Both the position numbers and the translations under genes were made by a program. 64,000 nucleotides of DNA from NCBI GenBank assembly GCA_036172245.1, contig JAYWIR010000012.1, positions 558,001 to 622,000 on the forward strand, in the 5' to 3' direction. A model generated the notes under the pieces. That model ran no database searches. It was given only the letters and a program-made list of their open reading frames with translations, and was not told where the DNA came from. This DNA is from Raillietiella orientalis (Eukaryota). This document shows positions 34,501-46,424 of the stretch, piece after piece (position 1 is the stretch's first letter; each line of letters starts with the position of its first letter).

Positions 34501-37240
34501 GCTCCCGTAGGTTCACGGTTTTCAGGGTGAACCGCAGCAGCTAGTGGTCTGAGAGCAGAATCTGCGCGTCTCGGAATCCCGGCATGCTGTTGTCGATGTC
34601 CTGACTGTAGAGCGCGCGGACGATCGGCTTGTGGTTCGTTGTTGGCCACAGCAATCCGAACTCGTCGAAAAGCTGCCGACACGTCAACTTTACAGCGGTA
34701 TTCCTGGACTGGGTCGTGATGCCGGGTATATTCAGATCTCTCACGACGACGACGATGTCCTTTAGTGCAAACATGCTGTGCGAGAGATCCCGCACAGCCT
34801 CTGCGCACCGATGCTTTTCCAGGTGGGGTCCGTACACGTTCACCAGGAATAGGTGAACTGTGTCGGGCCAGGACATCCGAACTCCGACGATGCGGCAGGG
34901 CCACGGAGAAAAGGATTTCAGGACGGTGTGCGCGATCCTGTTCTTGATGAGGATCGCTACGCCCTTGGTCTGCCTCTCTCCCGGACTCAGGAACAGCTGG
35001 CATCTAGTCGCCGTTCGAGTTTGCAGCAGATCTGGTCGCCCGTCTCGTGAGTTTCTTGCAGGCAGATGATGTCATCACGCTCGATAAAGCGCATGATCCT
35101 TCGCTTCTCCTGGTTAAAGATCTCATTCATGTTCCAGGAGGAGATCTTGATGCTCCTGGCGGAAGACAGGAAAGATGCCATGGGGAATTATTTCTTGCTT
35201 CTCGTCTTTTTCTGCTTGGAAGACGACGTGGGCTTCCTCGAAGCAGGAGTGTCCTCCCCCGTCTCGCTCGCCGACTCCACGTAATCCGTGGTGTCTTCGA
35301 ACTTTGCCGCAGGGGCAAGTATCCTGAACTGGAGCTGAAGCTCTAGTTGCTTTAGCGTCAGGAGGCCAAGGCCGCCGTCCCGACACGAAGCGCACAAGTC
35401 CTTAAACCGGGACTTCCTTTTGCTCCAAAGGGCGATCGTTGTCCAGATCGGAGTCCAGAAAAGGTATGCTAGTCCGTCGCAGGCCCTGTTAGAGAGAATC
35501 AGGGACTCCTCAACTTCTGATTCCCATTTGTCACAGCACTGAGTTCAAGCCGCGCGGAAGCCTCGGTATTGCCAGAGAGAAACGAGACGAAGAACATCTT
35601 GTTGGTCAAACCTCCAAAAGAACACAGCGACAGCAACCGACAAGCGGGATGGGAGTTGCCCTGCAATATACTGCAGGAGTGGAGGAACTCCTCGACGGCT
35701 TCAAGACGAGCGAGTTGGTGGACGGCGTCACTCCTTGTTCCGGGCGAAGAAACTCCTCCGGTGGTAAACGGCCTGCTCGATGGGCCCTGCAAAGAACTCG
35801 CGGTCCCTCCCCTGTGCATGGATACCTCTGTGTTTCCTTTTCCTTGGAAACAGGATGTTCTGCTGTTTCTTCGCTGGAGAATCCAGTGCGACCAGCGCAG
35901 ACACCTGGTTTCCGGGTTATTTGCTTTTCCGAGCTGTTCAGGGAGAGGTACGATCGACTCATTTCCGCACCTCCTGTTGGGCTGCAGTGCCCTGAAGGAC
36001 ATCTGGTAAAGACTCGCCCCTGTGATTCGTCACCTAGAAGGTCCCCCAGCCTCGGATTTGCTTAGGCATTTTCTTCATGCAAGGCAAGCTGACAAGAGGC
36101 GCCGTGATTTGACACCCGGGTGCGCCGGGGCGTTCATGATTCTTACAGGGATCGACGAAGCTAAAAGTTCCACCGATTCTAATTATTACACTCAAAAAAA
36201 AAAAAATGAGGCCGGCGAGGTCCATCACGTCCTACAAGAGGAAGGAGCATGGAATAAACCTACTTTTGTTGCGTTGGGGAAGGCATCTCCTTGTTGGCAT
36301 CTTCCATCTGTTTTTCTCCACGAGGGTAAATCGCACGCAACCTTTTCTTTTCTTTTCTGTTATATTTCTTTTTTTGTTCCTGCGCGCTCTAGAAAGGTCT
36401 GCTGGGTCTGAGCGGGCAGAAGAATTCAGTGTGCCGCATCTGTGGTCCACAATATCGGGTCACCTCCTCTTCAGGTGCCACGATTTGAGACAGTGCGTGC
36501 AGAGCTTTGGGCTCCTCGCATACCAGAGGTCGACGGGTTTACCACCGACTTCCAGTCTGTGAAGAAGCCCTTCCCCTTCGAGGACGGCCATGCGCGCTCC
36601 GGATTGACGGCTGATCATCCACTGGAAGTCGGGGTAGATGCTGGACTTTGACGATCCACGCACTGTGGACAGTGCGTGGATCGTCCTGTACTGCTAAAGT
36701 GAGAGAATTACCGCTTCTTTTGTCATCCTCACCGTAACTCCGGTGAGGTGCACGACCTTGTTGCGGTCCTCCGTCACTGGAAAGAGCTTGCGCCTTCCGA
36801 TTGTGATCGGTGAGTGATGTCTTTGGGCAAGGATCGCTTCCTTGCAAGCCGCCCTCACTGTCTGCCCACCGCTCAGAATGGAGAGGGCGACGAGCTCCTC
36901 GTGTTTTACTTGCAGCTTGTGCAACTCCACCGCGAAGGAACGCTCTACTGTGAGATTCCTACCTTGTTCCTCAGGCACTGGTTGTAGCTCGAGAAGAGGT
37001 AGACCCTGGCCTCTACCGCGGCCGCAGTCGAGGGTGCCACAGCAACAGCACTCCACAGAGTCCTCCTGGGGGACGTCGATTCTTCCAAGGAAGGGACGGA
37101 GTCCACTTCCACCGTCCAGGGTGCTGGGGCTTTCACTCCTGCTCCCTGGGCTTCACCGGTTGGGCCACTTGGCATTCCAGCCATCGGGCCGCCGTCAAAA
37201 ACAACCACACACCAAACTAAACAGCAAACTCGCGGAGCGC
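31597..37240 (-). mobile_element. Tx1/L1-like LINE family B, near full length but decayed, interrupted by a family A fragment
   Basis: ORF1 remnant with CTHCLKSWH..R; ORF2 from 35181: SWNMN, CLQETH, NVYGP, SDH, AAGPD, DMKAFDTVDH, GIRQEDALSPMLF, AYAND, YLGI, CGVRETQLHV; 3' AATAAA (31630-31635) followed by a CCCCA..TGGGG hairpin. Confidence 0.85.
35500..36205 (+). mobile_element. Tx1-like family A ORF2 C-terminal fragment inserted in family B ORF1
   Basis: SVFPFPWKQDVLLFLRW..QC and FPHLLLGCSAL. Confidence 0.8.
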
Positions 37241-37630
37241 GCCGATGCACCTCCGACCGGCAGGCGCCGTAATCACCGCGAGATGCTGCATCCGTGCCAT
37301 CGTCACAGCCCACTCCGTGGAGTCTCGTTCGCAGCGAATGGAGGCCATTGCGAATGGCAGCTGCCTTGACGAGGACGGCTGCGAGGTGGCCTCATCTGCC
37401 AGAAGATGTCTCCAGGGAGATCGCTACCATCTACAGCCGCTTTTAGGAAGAAAGGAACGATTAAAACCAAAGACCCTCCCGTTTCGGACTTTCCTAAAAG
37501 CCGACCTGCGTGCTGGTGGTCATCCCCAGTGAACTTCTTGGCTCTTTTGCACCTTCACTCAGGTATTCTTGGCTTATAGTTCATCTATTTCCTTTAAATA
37601 AATGCTTCAGAGTGACCAGGTACAAACAAA
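37240..37630 (+). mobile_element. Tx1-like family A extreme 3' fragment
   Basis: CCIRAI..AH and WPHLP; CCGAC-CTGCGT-GCTGG hairpin; AATAAA at about 37598. Confidence 0.7.
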
Positions 37631-38199
37631 CAAACAGGATCTTCAAAGTAACGTGAGCAGATTCCTGAAGTGCATTTCCAACGGAAACATCCACCAGCCC
37701 TGACTGCCGTAGCAGGAATCGGCGCGCAAGAATATCGATCAGGATCAGTAGCGTCCGATTACCGACCAGAGAAAAAACCGGCGGCAGTCAGTGGAAGTCA
37801 GCGCAATTCCCGTTGCCACCCGACGCCGAGTATCCTATTCCTGTCGTTGATAGAAAGGATCAGGGCATCATTCTGAAGCATCAAGGTATCCATGACAGGA
37901 GGAGGAAGCAGGTGATGTGACTCTCGAAATACAAGAACCCCATCCATTGGTTTCCAGCGTGGACAAATTGCTCAGTCACTAACTAAAAGTACAGTTCATG
38001 AAGAACCAACACAAGACAGACCTGAAGCGAGTAGCCACCCTGGAGAAGAACAGTCTGTCCCGCTTATTTTGGAAAACAACCGGAGGAGGGCAAAACGCAT
38101 GATGAGTCTCAGGACGGCATGGTCCAATAGCATCCACCGGAACTTACTTAGCATCCACAAGCCACACAAGGAGGTAGAATTATTCGTGTTCTCTAAAAG

Positions 38200-38340
38200 A
38201 GGATTTGACAAGAGCAAACACATGAATGTGTGCGACTCAACGTTGGATCTCGAAAGGAACCGACATTGTGGCATTTCAAGAGCCATGGTTCATTTCTCTC
38301 TCATTTTCAGTCATAAACTTTGATATGAACTACGTCCGAA
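38200..38340 (+). pseudogene. APE endonuclease fragment of another LINE clade
   Basis: DIVAFQEPW motif (cf. DI..IQEPW). Confidence 0.35.
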
Positions 38341-38629
38341 TTTCCAAGACCTCAGCAACCGCTTTCGAACCCTCTGGACTCGGCTTGCCACTCTCTCAGA
38401 GCACAACTTTCGAAGATGCCGGACGAACGGCAACAATCCCAGAGAACAGAACTTGCAAAAGAAGACGGCACTCACCCGCATCCCGATTGGGACGACAGCT
38501 ACCCGTGATATCCGCGCGCTGCAGACATCATCCCGACCACGAGCACCAATTGCAGCTATGAAGTCAAATCGCACCCAGCAAGCAATCCACCTTTCTTCGC
38601 AAACTCACTGCGAGAAACGGGACAACAGG

Positions 38630-40852
38630 TATCAATGGAGATGCACCAGGAGATAGCCTCCAATCAGCGTACTTGGAACCAAGTGTCAAGCAGATTGTGA
38701 CCAGTCTCACAACAGCACATCCGGAGAAAGCAGAGGTGCCGCCGTTGCCAAGGCAGCGGCAGCTAACGGAGCGCTCCCGGATGAGGCAGAGCTGCGGGCA
38801 TACGCTCCCGGAAGAGGCAGAGCTGCGGGCATACGTAACCCAAGGATACAAGCCCGCGCTCTCCTACAAGGTAAGTGCCTTGTATACGGATGGGACGGGA
38901 GACCGGCTCTGGGGCGAGCTGGAACGCGTCGGGGTCCGCGAGGACGACCTCCTGGCGTTAATGCCTGTGAGCGCGCTTGGGCATTGGGAGGTGAACTGCA
39001 AGGATGCAGCCCTCATCCAACGCCTGCTCCAAACGCCCCTGAAAATCAGGGGTAAGGAGGTCGTCCCCTCGGCCCTGGACCAGTCGTTCGTGGTCCAACT
39101 CTCGGCCATTCGGCCGGGAATCGCCGACCGCGACCTGATCGTTGCATTGGAGGCGTTCGCCACCGTGCACGCATTGTGGAGGCGCGTGAACCCCGTCAAG
39201 AAGGTTCCGCTCCTCTCTTGCGGACTCGACACGGCGAGCGTCACCATGGACAACCGGAGGCCGCTGCCTTCGCAGATCAACCTTGGCGACGCCGTCGTTA
39301 TTCTTCGGTTTGCCGGACAAACCCCGGCTTGCGGCAACTGCGGCAAAGAAGGCCACCGTCCGCGGAAGTGCCCCACACGCATTTGCCACTACTGCAAGGT
39401 GCTCGGCCACTCTCTCAACGAGTGCGCCGAGCTGAAACGTAAAAGGCGGGCGAAGAACGTGCCCGCAACATCCCGTCCGCGCCGAATCCATCCGCCGTCG
39501 GGGAAGAAATCCGGCGCGAACGAGGATTCGCAGCTGAGTAGACCAAAGTCCGATTGCGCGAGCGTGTCTGGGAGCAAAGCTCCCCAAAAGTCCGCGCAAA
39601 AGGGCAAAAGGCTTCTCCAAGCTGCCCAAAGCAAGCCCCGAGCGACCCAGCCCGCCGAAAACATCGGGCGAAACTCCTCCGTCCGTTCCCGCTCCGGAAC
39701 GAGATAGTGGTGGCACGCTCGAGAAGACCACCGGAGAGCTCAAAAAGGGGTCGCGCGCCCCTCCGCCCGCGAAAGGCAAGCCGTCCAAGGCGAGCCGATC
39801 GGCGGAAAAGGCTGCAAAGCCTCGCGCGACTTAAAAGAATCCCACCGCTCTGCCCGCACCTTCCGGTAAGGAGGTGCAAGAGGCAGTTGTGGCGAGTGAA
39901 AAACTGGCCACCATCGCCGAACAGGAGGCCTTGGAGCGGATGCAGAGGACCCTGCAGACCCTCGCGCCCTGCCGAGGCAAACCAGACAACGGCGAGGCTG
40001 GCTCGACTTTCATTGGGGAGAAGAAGAAGGAGAGGAAACCACGCGATCCTTCCCACTTCCCCATCATCAAGGAAGGTGAGGGGAAGAGGCAGCCCCGCGC
40101 GCCAAGGAAGGCGCACGAAAAAGCCTCCGCTGCCGTTGCGCGCGCCGTCGCTGTCACCCGCGGCGGGAGGGTAGCTGCCGACGCCGCGACCCCGCAAGGG
40201 GGATCGGCGCCGAAGGCACCCTCTACGAGTCCTGGACCAGATCCGAGCTGCCAGCCAAAGAGACGGCAGGCAAAACGCCTGCCGCGCGCGCGGAATTCGG
40301 ACTCCGAGGTGGAGTCCGAGGGCAGTGCAAAGGCTCGCCAAGCCCCGGCTAAACCCATGGCTGCGAGCAAGCCGAAACTTGCCAGGCAAGAGCCTGATGC
40401 CGGGAACGGTTCCCGATGCTCCTCGGAGCCCGAGGCAATGGTCCTAGACTCCACCGAGCCAGCCGCGTGCTGCACGGCGGAGACAGGGTGCGCTTCCGCT
40501 CCCCAATCCGCCGTGCTCCCGGCTGATGCCTCGCCGGACAGTGCGAGGAACGTACCTCCATGTCTGCAGCCGTAATGCGAGGGGTCGCATCTTCTCGTCG
40601 CGTCCGTGTGGCGTGTTGGAACGTCAACGGGCTGCAGGACAACGAGAAGAGGTGATTGGTAGCTAGAGTCTTGCGCAACTTCGATCTGGCCATTGTGCAG
40701 GAGATTCACGCTCTCTCCGAACAGCAAGCAGCCGATCTAGCAGGTCGCGCAAGTGGGACGCTCCATTGGAGGTCAGGCTTCCAGAATACTGCGGAGTAGC
40801 ATTCCTTGTCCGGGGCAGGGTGGCGGGGGTGATGCGGAACGTTTGTTTCGAC
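38630..40852 (+). mobile_element. Tx1-like family A 5' half (ORF1 + start of endonuclease), truncated by an inverted insertion
   Basis: 40360-40852 closely matches 43410-43900; sequence breaks at GTTTCGACG|TTTTCACCCGG. Confidence 0.85.
38673..39707 (+). CDS. Tx1-like ORF1 (gag-like; RRM-like region plus two CCHC knuckles), frameshifted into a low-complexity tail ending at 40575
   Basis: CGNCGKEGHRPRKC and CHYCKVLGHSLNEC; upstream WEVN...L...L.I.G; followed by an ORF2 start with WNVNGL. Confidence 0.88.
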   Translation: MEPSVKQIVTSLTTAHPEKAEVPPLPRQRQLTERSRMRQSCGHTLPEEAELRAYVTQGYKPALSYKVSALYTDGTGDRLWGELERVGVREDDLLALMPVSALGHWEVNCKDAALIQRLLQTPLKIRGKEVVPSALDQSFVVQLSAIRPGIADRDLIVALEAFATVHALWRRVNPVKKVPLLSCGLDTASVTMDNRRPLPSQINLGDAVVILRFAGQTPACGNCGKEGHRPRKCPTRICHYCKVLGHSLNECAELKRKRRAKNVPATSRPRRIHPPSGKKSGANEDSQLSRPKSDCASVSGSKAPQKSAQKGKRLLQAAQSKPRATQPAENIGRNSSVRSRSGTR

Positions 40853-41440
40853 GTTTTCACCCGGTCAAGCCGGGGTGTTTATTAAAAAACTTTCGGTATT
40901 TGCGGTACAAGACCCCGCTGCGGCCAATAGCACTAGGGAGCTGCCGGGTGGTCGGTGAGCAGACCGACTTGACACTCCATGTCAGTGGAGGGGGATGGGA
41001 AAAACAAAAAGAAAAATAAAGGAAAATTGGGAAACAAAAAACCATAGTTCTTTGGAAGGCCGGGAAGGGATCACTGTCCGCTGCGTGGAGTTTCCATCCT
41101 TTTCAGGATGCCGACGAGGTCCTTCTGCAGACTTCTCAGGTGGGACCATCGAGCTGCTATTCGCAGAAAGCGAGCTGCATACTCCATGACATCCCTTCCG
41201 TTAACATCTTCTGCTTCGTCGGCTCCACTCCAAGCCGCCACAATACCGCGGATGCAGCTGAGCGCTGCTACGACAGCGGCTGGCTGCAGGGCGTCCCGCA
41301 CGAAGAAAAGCCGAAAAACGTCTCTGGGAGGGCTACCTTCCACGATCCCTAGGGTCGTACCGAAACGTTCCCAAATGGGCCGGAGGGCAACACAGTCAAC
41401 TAAGAGGTGCGGGGCGGAGACCACCCCACTGACCACGGCG
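40853..41440 (-). mobile_element. Tx1-like family A 3' fragment, inverted
   Basis: PHLLVDCVALRPIW and WSHL; 3' UTR hairpins; AATAAACACCCCGGCTTGACCGGGTGAAAA. Confidence 0.85.
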
Positions 41441-42349
41441 CTGCCCTTCCTGAGAAGGGCGCTTCATAACAGCCGGAAACCGAGGTGGCAAGTCACCTGC
41501 CGGATAGCGGGCAAGGAGAAGGAGTCAAGTGGGTGGACCATGAGGGAACTGGCTGACGCCGCGACCCCAAGCGTCCTCTCCCGAGGAATCCAGAGATATG
41601 GCGAGCTGCTGTGCATCCCGCTTGATGACCTAAAGTGGCCCCCGTTATTTAGAGACGCATCCACCCTCCCCCTCAAGTGGCAGGAAACGGCGCTGCTGTT
41701 GTTGCACTGAGGTCTTCCCTGCAACGCGCGCCGCCACCACTGGACGTTGGGGAAACGTGGGACAGAACTGTGCAGTGTGCGGGGAGAAGGAATCCCTCCC
41801 CCACCTGTTAGTGGACTGCGCTGCCCTCCGGCCCTTGTGGGAATGTTTTGCTACTACCCTCCGGATACCGATCGGCAGTACCCCCAGAGACATTGTGAGA
41901 CTTCTCTTCGTGCGAGACGCCCTGCCACCAGCCTCAACCCTGGCAGCGCTTTGCTGCCTCCGAGGGATTGTGGCCGCGTGGAGCGCAGCCAACAGAGGAA
42001 GCAGCGATAGGGACCCCATCGTACACGCGGGTCGCTACCTGCGAATCGCGATCGGCTGGTCCCATCTGGGAGCTATGACGAGAAACCTCGAGGGCATCCT
42101 GGAAAGGATGGTCTCTTCCTCCAGCGGGCTGTGATCCCTTCCCGGCCCTCCAAATAGTTCCTTTTTTTTTGTTTGTTTCATTTATTTTTCTTTTTGTTTT
42201 ATCCCCTATCCCCTCCGCCGCCGAGGAGAGTCAAGCCGGTCTGCGAACCGGCTTCCTGGCAGGTCCCATGAACTATTGGCCGTAGCGGAGCCTAGTACCG
42301 CAAATGTAAAGTGTTTATTAATAAACGCCTCGGCGTGATCGGGTGAGAA
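41440..42349 (+). mobile_element. Tx1-like family A 3' fragment
   Basis: DAATP, CAVCGEKESLPHLLVDC; AATAAACGCCTCGGCGTGATCGGGTGAGAA. Confidence 0.85.
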
Positions 42350-43250
42350 CTTCCCCGCGTCCTCAGGAGAAAGAAAGCCTCGACGAGCCTTTTACGACCG
42401 GTGAAATCATCACCGCGATTAAAAGGCTCAATAGGCGTAAGGCGCCAGGGGAGGACGGCCTGCCTGCGGAGTTCTTTCAGTGCTTCGCCGCAGAGCTGAC
42501 CCCCCTGGTGCTTAGGTTGACGCAGCTGATCCGAGACGAAGGCGATGTTCCCTCCTCGTTTCGGTCAGCCAGGGTGAGGCTCCTTCCTTAGGGAGGAGAC
42601 CTCAGGAAATTAAGCAACTAGCGTCCGATCACGATTGTGAACACGGACGCCAAGCTGTTGACTGGACCGTGGGCTGCGCGGCTGGGACAGGTAGCGAACA
42701 GCTTCGTCAGCCCGTAACAGACGTACACTGTTCCCGGGCGAAGCATGGAAGCGAACCTGTTCTTCGCCAGCATATGGTTCCATCTGCAACGCGAAGAAAA
42801 GAAGGAAAGACGGAATGTCGTCAACCCTGATTTGGGGGCGCCAGCGCAGCAAGTAAGGGACGACCGGGGAGGGAAGGGGGCTCTAGCGATCGCAGTCGAT
42901 CTGCACAAAGCGTTCGATTGCGTGGACCAGGAACTCCTTCTGGAGCTCCTGGATCACATGGGCTTCCCCGACGCCTTAACGGCCTACCTGCGCGCCTGCT
43001 TGCGCAATGCGATCATCAATTTGTTTTTCAGAGGACAGCACGTGTTCGGCGTGCCGGTAAGGCGCGGCATCCGGCAGGGCGACAGCCTGAGTCCCCTGCT
43101 CTTTAGCACCTATTTCGAATTGGTGCTGAGAGCATACAGGGTGACATTGGCTGCCCTGCCAAGCTCGTGCCCCGGTACGCCGGCCTTGTAGGCGTATGCT
43201 GACGATCTTCTGCTCCAGCAACGTGGACTACTCCTGCCTCCGTCGAGGCA
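42350..43250 (+). pseudogene. Tx1-like RT-domain fragment with in-frame stops
   Basis: KAPGEDGLPAEF, DLHKAFDCV, GIRQGDSLSPLLF, YADDL. Confidence 0.9.
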
Positions 43251-43607
43251 GGTACGCTGGTCAGCCCTGTGGAGACCGTTCCAAACCCACGGAAACTTCT
43301 GTGGGCTTCATTTACCCCCATTGCCTCCGTGCTGCCCTCCCTGAAGAACGCTAGGAACAGCCAACAGGAGGCATCGTGGGAAGTGTCCTGCCTCATCAGA
43401 GGCCAGGGCTGCGTGTAAGCCGAAACTTGCCAGACAAGAGCCTGATGCCGGGAACGGTTCCCGATGCTCCTCGGAGCCCGAGGCAATGGTCCTCGACTCC
43501 ACCGAGCCAGCCGCGAGCGGCGCGGCGGAGACAGGAAGCGCTTGCGCTCCCCCATCCGCCGTGCTCCCGGCTGATGCCTCGCCGGACGGGGCGAGGAACG
43601 CACCTCC

Positions 43608-46424
43608 ATGTCCGTAGCAGCAATGCGCGGTCTCGCTTCTTCCCGTCGCGTCCGAGTGGCCTGTTGGAACGTCAACGGGCTGCAGGACAACGAGAAGAGG
43701 CGATTGGTTGCCAACGTCTTGCGCGACTTCGATCTGGCCCTGCTGCAGGAGATTCACGCACTCTCCGAGCAGCAAGCGGCCGATCTGCAAGTTCGCGCAG
43801 GCGGGACGCTCCATTGGAGGTCAGGCTCCCAGAATACCTGCGGAGTCGCATTCCTTGTCCGGGGCAGGGTAGCGGGAGCTGTGCGGAGCGTTTGTTTCGA
43901 CGAGGAAGGTCGTGTGGGCCAACTTGTTCTCAAGTGGTCCGAATCGATCAACCTTGTCGTCACGAACGTGTACGCGCCGAGCGGCTCCGCGCGTCACACC
44001 GAGAAACTGGAGTTTTTCGAGAGACTGCGCGACCGCTGGCTCAGCAACTCCGGCCCCGACGTGGCTCACCTCGTAGCCGGGGACTTTAACGTCCACGCGC
44101 TATCGGAGGAGTCTCACCGTCGCCGGGAGAAGCGGCTGGTGAACGAGGTGTGCGCGTCCGTGCACGCTTCGAATTTGCTGGCCGACGATCCCGGGATGAG
44201 TGCTTTGCCGGACCATGTGTTCCTCGATGATCACCTGCATTGTCGGGTGGGTCGAAGAGGTCCCGTGCCGTCCGAGCTTTCCGACTACTACAGGCTGGAG
44301 TTTGAGCTACTCCCGCCTGGCAAGGGCCCTCCGACGCACGTCTGGAGGTTGCCGGCCGACTGGTTGAGAAATCCGGTGGCTGCGGAGCACCTCCGCCAGC
44401 ATCTCCGGACCTTGGCCGTTCGAGAGCTCGTGGACTGGGACGATCTGAAAAGATCGGTCCGCGAGTTCTGCAGCCGGTTCCCCTTGCGCCTGCTTCCCCG
44501 TGGCTTCGGGGAAGGCGTGGCCAACAGCAGAGAGTTTCTGCAGGCCCGCCAATTCTCCCGATGCCCGGACGTCCGGTACCTTGCGGAGTACAAGGCCAAG
44601 GCCGAGCGCCAGGTCTGGCAGTCAGGAGCGGCTTGTCTGCTCGACGACCAGGGCCTGGAGTGCTCGGGCGCGGCCGAAGTTCGCCGCCTCCTAAAGTGCT
44701 ACTACTCCTCGTTGTATGCTAGGGAGCCGACGGAACGCAGGCTCTCCGAGCTGCTTCTGCCGGCGGATTCCCCTGCGGTCGACGAGGAGGAACGCTCCAC
44801 TCTTGACTTGCCCTTCACGGCGGGAGAAGTGTCTTCCGCCATAGCGGGCCTCAAGAAGCGCAAGGCGCCAGGTGAGGATGGTCTGCCTGCGGAGTTCTTC
44901 CAGTGCTTCGCGGCGGAACTCATCCCCCTGGTGCTGAGGCTTTCTGGGCTGATGCGAGAGACGGGCAATGTCCCGGCCTCGATTCGCTCAGCAAGGGTGC
45001 GTCTCTTGCCGAAAGGCGGAGACATGCGCCATTTAAGCAACTGGCGTCCGATCACCTTGGTGAATGCGGACGTCAAGTTGTTCTCCAGGCTCTGGGTCGC
45101 GCGCCTAGGTAGGATCGCTGGATCCGTGGTAAGTCCGGAGCAGTCTTACGCTGTTCCCGGGCGGTCCATTGAGGCGAACCTGTTCTTCGCGCGCACGTGG
45201 CTCGAGCTGCAACGTTGCGTGGCGCACGACAGCCAGCGATCAGCAGCTGCGGCTGCCTCCGCTAGGCGAAGGTGCATTCGGCCTGAGGAAGCGCCGGGTG
45301 CCTTGGCGGTCGCGATCGATCTCCACAAGGCGTTCGACTGCGTGAATCAGGATCTCCTTCTAGAGCTCCTGGAACGCCTCGGTCTCCCGGTGCACCTCGT
45401 GGCCTATTTGCGCGCTTGCTGGCGCCACGCGCTCATTTCCATCTCTTTCAGCGGCTGCCACGTGTACGGCGTGCCGGTGCGGCGGGGCATCAGGCAGGAC
45501 GACAGCTTAAGCCCGTTGCTCTTCAGCATCTTCTTTGAGTTGGTGCTGAGGGCGTACAGGCTGACGCTGGCCAACCTGCCGAGCTCTTGTCCAGGAACGC
45601 CGTCCATGGCGGCCTATGCTGACGATCTGCTTCTCCTTTTACTCATGACCACCCCGGCGTCCAGTCTCGAGGATTTCTTCGAACTGATTCGCCGGGGAGC
45701 GGGCACGAGCGTAAACCGGAGCAAGAGCGTGGTCGTTCCTATTGGTGCGGCGTGGGAGGGGCAGTCCGACTGGATCCGCCTGGGGATCCCGACCGCTTCG
45801 TCCATCCAATATCTGGGCGTTCCGCTGGGGAACATCAGCCCAGTGGAAGTGTGGTCTGACTGCCTACGGAAGGCTACGAGTGCTCTGAGCCCGTTCCACC
45901 ATGGCAGGTTCGTCCTGCCGGAGCGGGCCGCGATATGGAACACCTTCATTGCCCCCCTCTTGCGCCCCCTGCTTTTTGTTTGCCCGTCCCCCTACTCGGC
46001 CAAGCTCCAGGCGCACAGCCTGTTGAGGAACGCTCTGTGGGGACCTGCGAGGTCCAGGATCCGCCTCAAAGACTTGGCGGCTCCGCGTCGGGATGCTGGC
46101 TTCGGCATCCTGACGCTGGAGAGAATCGAGCTGCAGGTGCAGCTTCGAATGTTGGCTCTGTGCGCCAACCATTGGTCCACTCCGTGGTGTGCTCCCGCAC
46201 GCCTGCTACAGCGGCGCTGCACAGGCAGCGATGGCCTCCTGTCGCTCCGGCCACATACGGAGCGCGCCACGAGAAGCTTCGGTTTCCCCTGGAAACCGCT
46301 ATACCGGCTCCTGGTAGCCCACGCTTGGATCTCCTGCCACCCAACGAACTTTGTCGCCTGGCGGCAGGAACCGTTGCATTTCTGGGCAAAGCAGCAGGAT
46401 GTTTCCCTCTTGGAACTCCGTTGA
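43608..46424 (+). CDS. Non-LTR retrotransposon ORF2: APE endonuclease + reverse transcriptase (L1/Tx1 clade), probably inactive
   Basis: 938-aa ORF: WNVNGL, LQEIH, NVYAPS, GDFNV, SDY (normally SDH), KAPGEDG, WRPITLVNAD, DLHKAFDCV, GIRQDDSLSPLLF (QG in sister copies), YADD, YLGVPL. Confidence 0.93.
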   Translation: MSVAAMRGLASSRRVRVACWNVNGLQDNEKRRLVANVLRDFDLALLQEIHALSEQQAADLQVRAGGTLHWRSGSQNTCGVAFLVRGRVAGAVRSVCFDEEGRVGQLVLKWSESINLVVTNVYAPSGSARHTEKLEFFERLRDRWLSNSGPDVAHLVAGDFNVHALSEESHRRREKRLVNEVCASVHASNLLADDPGMSALPDHVFLDDHLHCRVGRRGPVPSELSDYYRLEFELLPPGKGPPTHVWRLPADWLRNPVAAEHLRQHLRTLAVRELVDWDDLKRSVREFCSRFPLRLLPRGFGEGVANSREFLQARQFSRCPDVRYLAEYKAKAERQVWQSGAACLLDDQGLECSGAAEVRRLLKCYYSSLYAREPTERRLSELLLPADSPAVDEEERSTLDLPFTAGEVSSAIAGLKKRKAPGEDGLPAEFFQCFAAELIPLVLRLSGLMRETGNVPASIRSARVRLLPKGGDMRHLSNWRPITLVNADVKLFSRLWVARLGRIAGSVVSPEQSYAVPGRSIEANLFFARTWLELQRCVAHDSQRSAAAAASARRRCIRPEEAPGALAVAIDLHKAFDCVNQDLLLELLERLGLPVHLVAYLRACWRHALISISFSGCHVYGVPVRRGIRQDDSLSPLLFSIFFELVLRAYRLTLANLPSSCPGTPSMAAYADDLLLLLLMTTPASSLEDFFELIRRGAGTSVNRSKSVVVPIGAAWEGQSDWIRLGIPTASSIQYLGVPLGNISPVEVWSDCLRKATSALSPFHHGRFVLPERAAIWNTFIAPLLRPLLFVCPSPYSAKLQAHSLLRNALWGPARSRIRLKDLAAPRRDAGFGILTLERIELQVQLRMLALCANHWSTPWCAPARLLQRRCTGSDGLLSLRPHTERATRSFGFPWKPLYRLLVAHAWISCHPTNFVAWRQEPLHFWAKQQDVSLLELR

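Noticed and set aside
38864..40727. Long antisense ORFs over ORF1 (276, 324, 298 aa)
   Set aside because: Shadow ORFs of GC-rich coding sequence without motifs.
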